Assembly: GCA_938023035.1 (NCBI GenBank)
Contig: CALIDI010000010.1
Span: forward strand, 13,612 to 77,611
From: an uncultured Leptolyngbyaceae cyanobacterium
GTDB lineage: Bacteria; Cyanobacteriota; Cyanobacteriia; Leptolyngbyales; Leptolyngbyaceae
DNA: 64,000 bases
Reading direction: 5' to 3'
The notes beneath the pieces are model-generated. The model was not told the origin of the DNA. It saw only the letters and a list, made by a program, of their open reading frames with translations, and searched no databases. Shown here piece by piece: positions 49,031 to 58,189 of this stretch. A program made the translations under genes and the position numbers. Position 1 is the first letter of the stretch. Each line of letters begins with the position of its first letter.

Positions 49031-49864
49031 CTACTTTTTGATGGCCTTGCCCGCATCAATCAGAATCGGCGGAATAAACTTTTTCAGCACGGTTTTTACC
49101 GATTGTGTTCTCGTAATTTCCTCCATAAAGCTCTCATTTGGCCGCTCCTGGAAGATTGTGGTGTGCCCCTTATCTCCATCTAACTCTTCTGCCGGGCGAC
49201 CATTCGAGTAGTAGTAAAGCGCCAGAGACTTGCGCGACCACCCTTCAGGGCAGGTTAGGGGTTCGGGGTGCCCGTGATAGGTAAAGTCGGTTGTTGTAAA
49301 AATAACGCAGCGGTTAAACACGGGTAGGATTTTCTTACTGCACTGGGTAATTTCCTTATCCCAAAGCTCTAGGTGCCCGCCATACTCCTCTTGCCAGTTT
49401 TGATTCAGGTAAAGGAGCAGATTTAAGCGACGATCTAGCTTCATGCGGCGGTGGTAATTAAAGTCAACATGCATTTTGAGGAACCCCCCGCGCTCAATTT
49501 GGTGCAGACCACCTCCTTCAAAATGAGGATCAGGGATAATGCCATCAATCCCTGTGAGCTTCTCTAAAAAATTGATGAAGATTGAAGAATTAAATTGATA
49601 TAGCAGAAAGCGTGTGGCGTCTCCCATCTGGCGTTCGTTCCGAGAAGCCAGCTTTTTTTCGGCAGCGGTTTTAAAGGATTGCCACTCAATTTGATCCGGT
49701 TTAGGAAACTCCGCTAAAACGTCTTCCAAAACAGCCGGAGGGAGAAAGTCATCAAAAACAATGTGAGGAAAGGGTGTGGCATTGGCATATTCCTCACGAT
49801 GCTGTTCTGCCAGCGCATCTAATTGATCTGCATCAAACCGAAACTTAACGACGTTGGTTACCAT
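49031..49864 (-). CDS. 2OG-Fe(II) oxygenase superfamily protein (prolyl-4-hydroxylase-like fold)
   Basis: GGFLKMHVDFNYH...RRLNLLLYLNQNWQEEYGGHLELW...PVFNRCVIFTTTDFTYHGH carries an HxD...H facial triad in a pattern like 2OG-FeII_Oxy_3. ATG at 49864. Confidence 0.7.
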   Translation of the reverse strand: MVTNVVKFRFDADQLDALAEQHREEYANATPFPHIVFDDFLPPAVLEDVLAEFPKPDQIEWQSFKTAAEKKLASRNERQMGDATRFLLYQFNSSIFINFLEKLTGIDGIIPDPHFEGGGLHQIERGGFLKMHVDFNYHRRMKLDRRLNLLLYLNQNWQEEYGGHLELWDKEITQCSKKILPVFNRCVIFTTTDFTYHGHPEPLTCPEGWSRKSLALYYYSNGRPAEELDGDKGHTTIFQERPNESFMEEITRTQSVKTVLKKFIPPILIDAGKAIKK

Positions 49865-49967
49865 AGCATCCTCTCTAGGACATTTAGGGACAAAAAGCTG
49901 GGAGAAATTGAATGAAACAACTGGAAGAACCAAACCTAATTATTCCCATTGCTCATCAATTCACCAT

Positions 49968-51164
49968 CTACGACGGTGCTAATTTGGGTTGAAATGGACT
50001 GCGCACCAGGAACAAAATGCATAGTGCCACCTGCCCGGTTGTTGTACTTAACGATGTCAGCAGCGAGTTGGGTACACCTACCCAGGTAAGAATAGAGAGC
50101 AGCACCACTATGCTGGTTAAACTAATCCAAACCGTTTCCTGGGCTTTGATTCGTGTTGCCTTCTTGGCCAGCGTTTCTACTTGATAAGCCAACAGAAAAG
50201 CAACCCCGATCACTAAGCTACTCATGACCCCATAGCTAATTACACTCGTTACCCGGATACCCATATAGGTCATGATGTCAATAAGCAGATAATGAATCGG
50301 AACAATTGCAAAGGAAGCCACTCCCCTGAGGGCTAGGAAAGACTGAGCTGGCTTCAGCAAGTAGGAACGGCAAATAGCCCATGCTAGAAACAAACCGTAG
50401 GCAATCACTGCAAAACTAGCAATGTAAAAGCCAATGGCTACACTACCCCAACGAAAAAAGGCGGCTTCTGAGCGCTGAGCTAGCAAAACACTGCCTATAA
50501 CGGGAATAATGCCAGCCCCGGTTAACCCCAAAAGGATCAAGGTGGGACGATCGCTCAGTAAACGGCCATACCGCTGCAAAGAGCGGCCTATCAAAAAACC
50601 TAGCAAAGGATAGGCCATCCATGGAGATAGAGGGTAAGAGACCAATTCAACAGGATTACCAACTACCCAGTCTAGGACCCACGGTAATTCGAGAGACTGC
50701 GATCGCAGTAAAGGAGCAACGCCATAACGCATCAGAGACACCAGCCCAATTCCTGCTGCACAGGCAATTGTAGGAAATCTGAGCGTTTTAATCACCTCCA
50801 AAACCAATACAGAAAGACCAATAAAGCCCAGAAAATCTAGTCCAATCAGGCGGCCCCGTCCCCACTGCATCAGCAAATCTGCCATGAAGAGAATGCCCAC
50901 CTTCATACCGATTGTGAGCCAACGGCCCGCAGCAGGGTGACGACTCGACTGAATGCCAGCCCCGACTCCAGTCACAAAGAAAAACAGCACCGGCGCAAAA
51001 CTGCCGATGAAAAATAGCTCGCCTGCTACAGGCTGGGCTAATAGTGAAGCAGGAGCCAAAGCTGCGCCCACATGGTTCACAACCATCAAGATGGCTGCCA
51101 ACCCACGTAAAACATCCAACTCTTTCAAATGCAACTTATCCCCTTGAGCGCCCTGTTTGATCAT
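49968..51164 (-). CDS. Integral-membrane acyltransferase-like protein (DUF1624 / heparan-alpha-glucosaminide N-acetyltransferase-like)
   Basis: The N-terminal LDVLRGLAAILMVVNHVG motif is followed by ~10 TM helices. ATG at 51164. Confidence 0.55.
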   Translation of the reverse strand: MIKQGAQGDKLHLKELDVLRGLAAILMVVNHVGAALAPASLLAQPVAGELFFIGSFAPVLFFFVTGVGAGIQSSRHPAAGRWLTIGMKVGILFMADLLMQWGRGRLIGLDFLGFIGLSVLVLEVIKTLRFPTIACAAGIGLVSLMRYGVAPLLRSQSLELPWVLDWVVGNPVELVSYPLSPWMAYPLLGFLIGRSLQRYGRLLSDRPTLILLGLTGAGIIPVIGSVLLAQRSEAAFFRWGSVAIGFYIASFAVIAYGLFLAWAICRSYLLKPAQSFLALRGVASFAIVPIHYLLIDIMTYMGIRVTSVISYGVMSSLVIGVAFLLAYQVETLAKKATRIKAQETVWISLTSIVVLLSILTWVGVPNSLLTSLSTTTGQVALCILFLVRSPFQPKLAPS

Positions 51165-51277
51165 CCCCTTACCGTAAACCTCCAAATCTGTCTACCTTCA
51201 ACCTTGGGCAATGACAATGAGAAATATCTACCCTCCTGCACCGTTCTTGATGTCCTGTTTATCGGAATCCAAAGCGC

Positions 51278-52648
51278 TCATCTTAAAAAGACCGATAACC
51301 CGTCAATGGGTGTTCCCCCGCCGAGGATATAGCGAGCGGACAAAATCATGACCAATAACGCGAGTAGTAACCCCGTCATCAGTAAATCTTGCTTTAGATT
51401 GTCTAGGCCCTGCTGGCGCAGGCCATGGGATACAGCACTGTAAAGGGGCAAATCATTGCAAGCAACTGCAATCACGGCTCCCAGCATGCCAAAGTAATGC
51501 ACCCCCAGGGGGATACAGGAACAAACAAACAAACCCTTAAAAAATTGTCCATAGGCCTCGTACTTTGGCTTACCAATAGCAACAAGGGCTTGGCGTGTTG
51601 ATTCATGTAAAAGGTTAGGCCAAATTCCCAAGGCTAAAATCGGCAACATCCAATCGGCTGTCTGGTAATTGCCTCTGTAAAGAAACCGAATGAGAAAATC
51701 TCCAAAGCAAACCAGAGGCGTTAAGCATAGAACGGCAAACAAAAGCACCTTGTATCGATTGCGTAGGAGCTTTTCGCGCAACTCTGCGCGAGGCCGATCA
51801 GCAATTTTGGCGATCGCTGGTAGCAGAATCTGAGCACTAATTCGACTAACAACTTGGCGGGGCAGTTCTGCAAACGTCAAGGCAATGCCGTAAATACCAA
51901 GCAGCTCAAAGCCCACCATCTTACCTAAGATTAAGCGGTCAGCCTGAATGGCAAAAAAAGTAGCCGCAGTTGAGAAAAAGATCCATTTGCCAAACGAAAG
52001 AATTTCTCGTGCAGACTTCGGATCCCATTGGATCTTTGCCTTAGGGGCACCTGGAACCAAGTAATGAGTCCAAACTAGGCGAACCAGAGGGCCTAGCACA
52101 TATCCCGTTGCCAGCGCCCAAACGGTAGGGCTAATCACCGCCCAGATCAGCATCGCCACCATCGAGATCACTTGCTCTGCAAGCGCAAACGTTTCCCGTT
52201 CCCGAATCCGGAGATCACGGTTGAGCAGGTAAGCTGACATGTTCTCGAAGCCAATGATGAACATGTTTAGCCCGCCCAGCATGATAAGTCCCATCACTTC
52301 TGGCTGACCATAAAAGCGCGCTGCGGGCACAGCCACAATGGCACAGCCCAGAAAAATCAAAACGCCGCGGATGATCTGAATCGTCCGCGCTGTATTGAGA
52401 AACGTCGGGTCTTCGCCGCGTCTACTTTGAATAATATTGGGTCCTACGCCCGTATCAGAGAGCATGCCAAACCCAATCAACACGCTGCTGGATAGCTGCA
52501 TTAGCCCAAAGGCTGTCGGGGGCAACAGTCGCGTTAGCAAAATGTTACTTCCCAGGCGTAAAGCATACTGAATCCCAAAGGAAAGGACGGTCCAAAGAGC
52601 ACCACGAATTGCGGTCTGCTTAATTGATCGAGGGGGGGAAGAAGACAT
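51278..52648 (-). CDS. wzx: Wzx-type oligosaccharide flippase (polysaccharide biosynthesis protein, MOP/PST family)
   Basis: About 455 aa and ~12-14 TM. The N-terminus IKQTAIRGALWTVLSFGIQYALRLGSNILLTRLLPPTAFGL is typical of PST flippases. ATG at 52648. Confidence 0.7.
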   Translation of the reverse strand: MSSSPPRSIKQTAIRGALWTVLSFGIQYALRLGSNILLTRLLPPTAFGLMQLSSSVLIGFGMLSDTGVGPNIIQSRRGEDPTFLNTARTIQIIRGVLIFLGCAIVAVPAARFYGQPEVMGLIMLGGLNMFIIGFENMSAYLLNRDLRIRERETFALAEQVISMVAMLIWAVISPTVWALATGYVLGPLVRLVWTHYLVPGAPKAKIQWDPKSAREILSFGKWIFFSTAATFFAIQADRLILGKMVGFELLGIYGIALTFAELPRQVVSRISAQILLPAIAKIADRPRAELREKLLRNRYKVLLFAVLCLTPLVCFGDFLIRFLYRGNYQTADWMLPILALGIWPNLLHESTRQALVAIGKPKYEAYGQFFKGLFVCSCIPLGVHYFGMLGAVIAVACNDLPLYSAVSHGLRQQGLDNLKQDLLMTGLLLALLVMILSARYILGGGTPIDGLSVFLR

Positions 52649-54291
52649 GAACCTACGACAGAAGGTGGGCAACGATCAGACAACCAACGAATACGACAGA
52701 TCTCTACATACAGTCAACGCCACGCGATCGCTCACGTCAAAATACGCGGAATTCAACTGATCAAATGGATTTGTCCATGATGGGTTTACTCTAAGGTGCA
52801 GGCTTGCCATCACCTGATCGGAAGAATACTTTTCCAGCTAGCCAGAAATTCAAAGCACAACCTTTTAGTGATTTCAGCCTTGAGAAACCGCGTTAGACAG
52901 AGCCAAGTGCCCTGACCCAGTTCGTTGACTTTACGGTTTCGCTCTGCGTGTCATTGATTGCTGCACATCCTTGATTAAGGCTACGCTTAGGTTGCCCATT
53001 TTTTCGTGTCTATCACAAAGGTTTGTCAAAAGATCACAGCCGCGATCGCTCACTTGGGTTCGCTTTCATCAAGAGAATAGAGCACCGAACCGCCGACCAT
53101 CGGGCTATTGGTAGGAAATGGTAAGGAAATGGCAACCGTTGAGATCTCCTCTAGTCTGAACTAAAGGCAACACCTAGTAGACGAAGGCATCGGTCTATCT
53201 GCCCTCTCCCTGCCTCCGATTCATGGGGGGTCGAGAAGAGGGGCTTCGATCTTCCCTGCGCCCTCGATGGGAGCAGGGGCATAGCCATGGCAGGCATTCA
53301 AGAAAAATTCAAGAAAAGGGGATGCGGGTGGCTGAAACGAGTCCAGAAATTTTTGCCTTGCTGTACTAGATTCAGAAACGATTGTGCCGATGATAACTCT
53401 ACAGACCTGAAGCCAGATGGCTCTCGGCCCTCTGGGGAGTAGGGCAATAAACAACTGAAATCCCTTAAGCAGGCTCGACGGTTGAACAGCTCGGTTAAAC
53501 CTATTAGGGTTTAGCCTAAGGGATCTTCTCACCAAGAAGCTGGCAAGGCCAATCAGATGTAGTTGGTTGAGCCAGCCCTTTTAGCCACAACTCCACTGAA
53601 TATCAGATTTAGCCTAATACTATTTTGGATTTTGGACATGCGATTTTGAATAGTAGAAACCTGGCAGGATCAAGCGTTCAATCAGGTATCTGCCGCCTGC
53701 TTTATTTAAATCGGTGTGACATTCGGCATAACAAATAAGCGGGTGACCGAAGTATCAGAGTCGGCCATTTTATAAACTGCCCTGTAAACAATTACGCCAC
53801 CAAGTCACTACCGGAATACTAGAATAGGGCAGTCTTCACTGATTCTTACCTGAAGAAAGAAAAAAGATAGCGATGTAAATATTGTATGAAGCCTTCCTGT
53901 TTACAGGCTCAAACAGAGCCAGAAAACGCATCTTAAAATATAGCCGGGTGCACATTGTCCTTAAAAGCGCAAGAACAGACCGATCAAGGGGTGAATTTTA
54001 CTTTTGCAAGTTGCTTCATCCTGTGGGAAAAGCAGAGCGCTCCATATCCACCTCCTTCTCCCATGAGTGAGTGTTTTTGCTAGCTGCGGTCACTCACTGG
54101 TAAAGCGTTCTGATTCAAGGCTCGCCAATTCACCAGATGAATCGCCGTTTCTGACTTTAAGCAAGGTCGGTTGTCAGAGGAGCAACGGATGAAGCAGATG
54201 ATAGAGATAAAAACTTTGTATAAAGAGATCTATTTGCAAAATAGGCCCCTAACGGGCGTTGCTTGAGTGTTGTACATGTGAGGCATTGGAT

Positions 54292-55452
54292 ATGGTCTGG
54301 AGGATGCAGCGATCGCTGTCTAGCATCACACTAGCTATCTTCGTAGGGATGAACGCTGTTCCCCATGGGTTGTTGGCCCAGGAAAATTCTGGTTCTAGTC
54401 AAGGCGTCGATGCGATCCAGGTGGAACCGAATGCCCCCATTGTGCCACCGCCAACACCAACCCGATTAAGGCCACCCGGGGAAAGTGCCTATATCTTAGG
54501 TGCGGGAGATATTGTGCGGGTCGATGTTTTTGAAACTCCAGAAATTACCATTGACCAACGCTACACGGTACTGGTGGATGGCACGCTCAATCTTCCCTGG
54601 ATTGGCAATGTTTCGGTGCAAGGGCTGACTTTGACCGAAGCAGCGGCAGCCATTTCTGCTCGCTATCGCGAGTTTGTTCGTAGCCCGCTCATTACTGTCA
54701 GTCTGCTAGCACCGCGTCCTCTCAAAATCGGCATTATTGGCGAGGTTAACCGTCCAGGTTCCTATGTGATGAGTGTGATTAGTGGCGAAACAGCGACAGC
54801 GGCCCTGGTACAACAGCGCACCGGCGGTGAGCAGGGTAACCAGTGGCCCACCGTGAGTCGAGCGTTGCAGACCGCCGGGGGGATTACCCAACGTGCAAAC
54901 GTTCGTACCATTCAAGTGCGGCGAAGGTTGCCAGATGGTTCCGAAGAGGTGATTCCGGTGGATCTCTGGCGGTTTCTTCAAGAAGGAGACCTCTCTCAGG
55001 ATGTGTTGTTGCGAGATGGTGATACGGTGGCGATCGCTGAAGCAACCGAACTAGACCCAATTGAAGCTACCCAGGTTGCTGTGAGCAACTTTTCTCCCGA
55101 ATTAATTCGGGTCAATGTGGTGGGTGAGGTGGTTAGCCCTGGGCCTGTGGCCATCCGCCCAAATAGCACAATGAATCAAGCCATCTTCGCTGCGGGCGGC
55201 TTAAAAAACGAACGAGCACGGCGCAAACGGGTCGAGCTGGTCAGGCTCAACCCTAATGGTACAGTGTTGCGCAAAGAAATTAATTTGGACTTCTCCAAAG
55301 GGTTAGACGACGCAACAAACCCACCCGTGTATAACAATGACGTTATTATTGTGGAGCGTAGCTCGATCGCTCGAATCGGAGATACTTTGTCAACCTTTCT
55401 GGCTCCAATTACGGGCTTGTTTGGTCTGCTCTCTATCTTAGGGCTACGTTAG
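54292..55452 (+). CDS. wza: Polysaccharide export protein (Wza/KpsD-like: Poly_export + SLBB domains)
   Basis: YILGAGDIVRVDVFETPEIT...YTVLVDGTLNLPWIGNVSVQGLTLTEAAAAISARY is the Poly_export signature. SLBB-like repeats occur downstream (LRDGDTVAI, NNDVIIV). The start could be 54292 or 54304. Confidence 0.8.
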   Translation: MVWRMQRSLSSITLAIFVGMNAVPHGLLAQENSGSSQGVDAIQVEPNAPIVPPPTPTRLRPPGESAYILGAGDIVRVDVFETPEITIDQRYTVLVDGTLNLPWIGNVSVQGLTLTEAAAAISARYREFVRSPLITVSLLAPRPLKIGIIGEVNRPGSYVMSVISGETATAALVQQRTGGEQGNQWPTVSRALQTAGGITQRANVRTIQVRRRLPDGSEEVIPVDLWRFLQEGDLSQDVLLRDGDTVAIAEATELDPIEATQVAVSNFSPELIRVNVVGEVVSPGPVAIRPNSTMNQAIFAAGGLKNERARRKRVELVRLNPNGTVLRKEINLDFSKGLDDATNPPVYNNDVIIVERSSIARIGDTLSTFLAPITGLFGLLSILGLR

Positions 55453-55571
55453 ATAAAGCATTGCATGCTTTTCTCGCTAGGAGCAGGAATTTTCTGCTAT
55501 CTCCAGAGCATGCTCGGTGAATCTACGATTTGGGCGATATTCAGACGACAAGGAGAGCAACTGAGGTTATT

Positions 55572-57911
55572 ATGGCAGCTGAACAAAACATCCAAAACCT
55601 CTTAGCTTCTGGTGCCACTAGTTCTACTTATGCCTCTCAACCAGCGATCGCGGGTGAGGAGAGCAGTAGTTCTAAAGGTTTAGACTTTGGCATTTATCTG
55701 CGGATGTTAATACGCAATCTGCCGTTGATTGCGATTGTCAGCACCCTGACCGCTACTCCGTTTGTGTTGCAAGCGCTTAATCTGCCTAAGTACTACCAGG
55801 GCAGCTTCCGCCTATTGGTAGAACCAATCACGTCTCAGGGACGAGCCAATGACCCTTCAGCTTTGACCCGACAAACCGTTGAGCAGAACAGTATTGACTA
55901 TCCTACCCTGTTACAGGTTCTCCAAAGCCCAGGAATTCTAGACAAAATTGCAAAACAAATTCGGGTTAAGTATCCAGAAGTAACAGCTGAATCGCTCAAA
56001 CAAGCCATCTTAAAAGAGCAATTAATCATTACCCGTATTGGTAACACCCAGCTCAATGCAACGCGATTAATTGAAGTCACCTACAAGGGGAATACGCCCG
56101 AAAAGGTTAAGTTCATCCTGGAAGAATTTAAAAAAGGTTATCTCCGCTACAGTTTAGATGACCGCCGCACCCGAATTGGTGGAGGTGTTCAGTTCATTGA
56201 AGAGCAACTGCCCGATTTGCAAAAGCGGGTGAATTCCCTCCAAAATCGTTTGCAGGAACTACGTCAACGCTATCAACTAGCCAATCCAGAAACGGAAAGC
56301 AGTGCTGTTTCGACCCAATTGCAAAATGCTCGCTCTCAACGACTAGAAACTCAGCGCTTGCTTGCTGAACAAAATGCCCTCTATGCGCGCCTGCAAAATC
56401 AACTGAATCTCACTCCAGAAGAGGGGATGTTGGCAGCCTCCTTGAGTGAGAATACGCGCTATCAAGAAATTGTCGCGGAACTAAAGAAGGTCGAAACCCT
56501 CATTGCAGTGCGTTCTGCTCGGTTTACCGAGAAAAGTCCTGTGTTAGAGTCATTGCTGCGGCAACGCGATAATTTGCAGCAATTGCTAGGGCGAGAAGCG
56601 CAACAATACTTGGGAGAGCAGTCTGCATCTCCTAGTTCGCGGATTTTAGCCTATCAGAATGCCTTGCGGTTAGGGTTGATTCGGCAGTTAGTGGAAACGG
56701 ATAACACTCGTGAACTCTTGAGAGTGCGAGAGGCGGCCCTGTCATCGGTTGAGAACGACCTCAATCAGCGATTTCTCCAGTTTCCTTTGATTGTGCGCGA
56801 ATACAACGATATCCAGCAGCAGTTAGAAATTGCAACGAAAACCCTGAATCAGTTTTTGAGCCAGCGGGAAACCCTTCGAGTTGAAGCGGCCCAGAAAGAG
56901 GTGCCCTGGGAAGTGGTCGCGGATCCTGACGTGTTTAGAAACGCTTTAGGTCAGCCGGTACCCGTTTCTAGTAAGCCAACAAAGCAGTTAGCGATGGGAC
57001 TGGGCTTAGGGTTGGGGCTAGGACTTGCTCTCACACTGCTGAAGGAGGCGTTACAGAACAAATTCTTTAGTAGTGAAGATATTGCTTCTGTGACCAAGCT
57101 ACCTGTCTTGGGAGTTGTGCCGCGACGACGGAAATTACTCGGTGGGCTAGAAGCCAATGTGAGTCATGGTGGGCAAGATGCGTTTTCTCAAGCATTTGCC
57201 TCCCTGTATGCCAGTTTGCGCTTCTTACCCACCCCGTTGGGGGTCAAATCCTTGGTCGTAAGCGCGGCTGGGGAACGAGATGGTACGACCACAATCGCCG
57301 CTCACTTGGCGATGGCGGCGGCGGCCGTCGGGCAAAGGGTTTTACTGGTGGATGGCAATCTGCGATCGCCGCGCCTTCATGCCTTGTTTCATCTATCTGG
57401 AGGCAAGGGATTAAGTGACCTGTTCACTAGCTCAGAAGTCACCTGGCAGGACGCCGTTCAGCCCTCATCGATTGATGATAATCTTTCGGTGCTTACAGCG
57501 GGCAGTACCGCTCAAGAGGCCGTTCGCCTGCTTGCATCCACAAAGACCCAAAAAGTGATTCAGCAGTTGGAGAGTGCCTTTGATCTGGTTATCTTTGATA
57601 CGCCCAATCTTTCGGCTGTGAATGATGCCAACTTTCTTTCGGCTGAGACGAGTGGCATGTTATTGGTCGTTAGCATTGGTCGAGCCAAGCAATCGGCAGT
57701 CAAGCATGTCGTCAAGGAGCTGGAAAAGTTTCAAATCAAGGTTTTGGGAGTCGTGCCGAACCATGTTGAGCGGGGGCACGCTCCAGCTACCGAAAGTCTG
57801 TTCAATCTAGAGCAACCTCGTGAGTCTGGCATGCTAGAAGATTTGAATATTTTCCGTCCATCCCTGCCAGCGGCCAGTGAAAAGCCGTCGAGTGATGTAC
57901 TGCGCTCATAA
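55572..57911 (+). CDS. Wzc/GumC-like polysaccharide co-polymerase with a C-terminal BY-kinase-like domain that has degenerate Walker motifs and no Tyr cluster
   Basis: Wzz-like N-terminus with a TM helix, a long coiled-coil periplasmic region and a second TM (LAMGLGLGLGLGLALTLL). The P-loop-like domain reads SAAGERDGTTTIAAHLA (no Lys), LLVDGNLRSP and LVIFDTPN. The ATG at 55572 follows AAGGAG. Confidence 0.75.
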   Translation: MAAEQNIQNLLASGATSSTYASQPAIAGEESSSSKGLDFGIYLRMLIRNLPLIAIVSTLTATPFVLQALNLPKYYQGSFRLLVEPITSQGRANDPSALTRQTVEQNSIDYPTLLQVLQSPGILDKIAKQIRVKYPEVTAESLKQAILKEQLIITRIGNTQLNATRLIEVTYKGNTPEKVKFILEEFKKGYLRYSLDDRRTRIGGGVQFIEEQLPDLQKRVNSLQNRLQELRQRYQLANPETESSAVSTQLQNARSQRLETQRLLAEQNALYARLQNQLNLTPEEGMLAASLSENTRYQEIVAELKKVETLIAVRSARFTEKSPVLESLLRQRDNLQQLLGREAQQYLGEQSASPSSRILAYQNALRLGLIRQLVETDNTRELLRVREAALSSVENDLNQRFLQFPLIVREYNDIQQQLEIATKTLNQFLSQRETLRVEAAQKEVPWEVVADPDVFRNALGQPVPVSSKPTKQLAMGLGLGLGLGLALTLLKEALQNKFFSSEDIASVTKLPVLGVVPRRRKLLGGLEANVSHGGQDAFSQAFASLYASLRFLPTPLGVKSLVVSAAGERDGTTTIAAHLAMAAAAVGQRVLLVDGNLRSPRLHALFHLSGGKGLSDLFTSSEVTWQDAVQPSSIDDNLSVLTAGSTAQEAVRLLASTKTQKVIQQLESAFDLVIFDTPNLSAVNDANFLSAETSGMLLVVSIGRAKQSAVKHVVKELEKFQIKVLGVVPNHVERGHAPATESLFNLEQPRESGMLEDLNIFRPSLPAASEKPSSDVLRS

Positions 57912-58189
57912 TCGACAAAATTACTGGGAATTATTAGCCTTTTTTGGGCAATTTCTACTTAGCTAGATGAAGCTAATCATCGCCCTGGTAGAAAACTCAG
58001 GCCCACACAAATGGCTAAAATACTAGGCTAGACCAGGGTTCCTAACCAGCGTTCATCAACAGTCGGCGGTTGTGGCAATTGTTCTGGAACAGCACGAATG
58101 TTTGAGTGTTGGGGCAGGCTCCGCCAACCTATCGCTTGCTGGATCATTTTCAGGATGGTATTAGCAGGTCATTCCATGGGGCAGCGGCC

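Noticed and set aside
53221-53535. 104-aa minus-strand ORF, and a 62-aa plus-strand ORF at 53882-54070, in the long gap of the polysaccharide locus
   Set aside because: They have no RBS, no motif and odd composition. I kept them only as part of the finding on the long gene-free region, not as genes.
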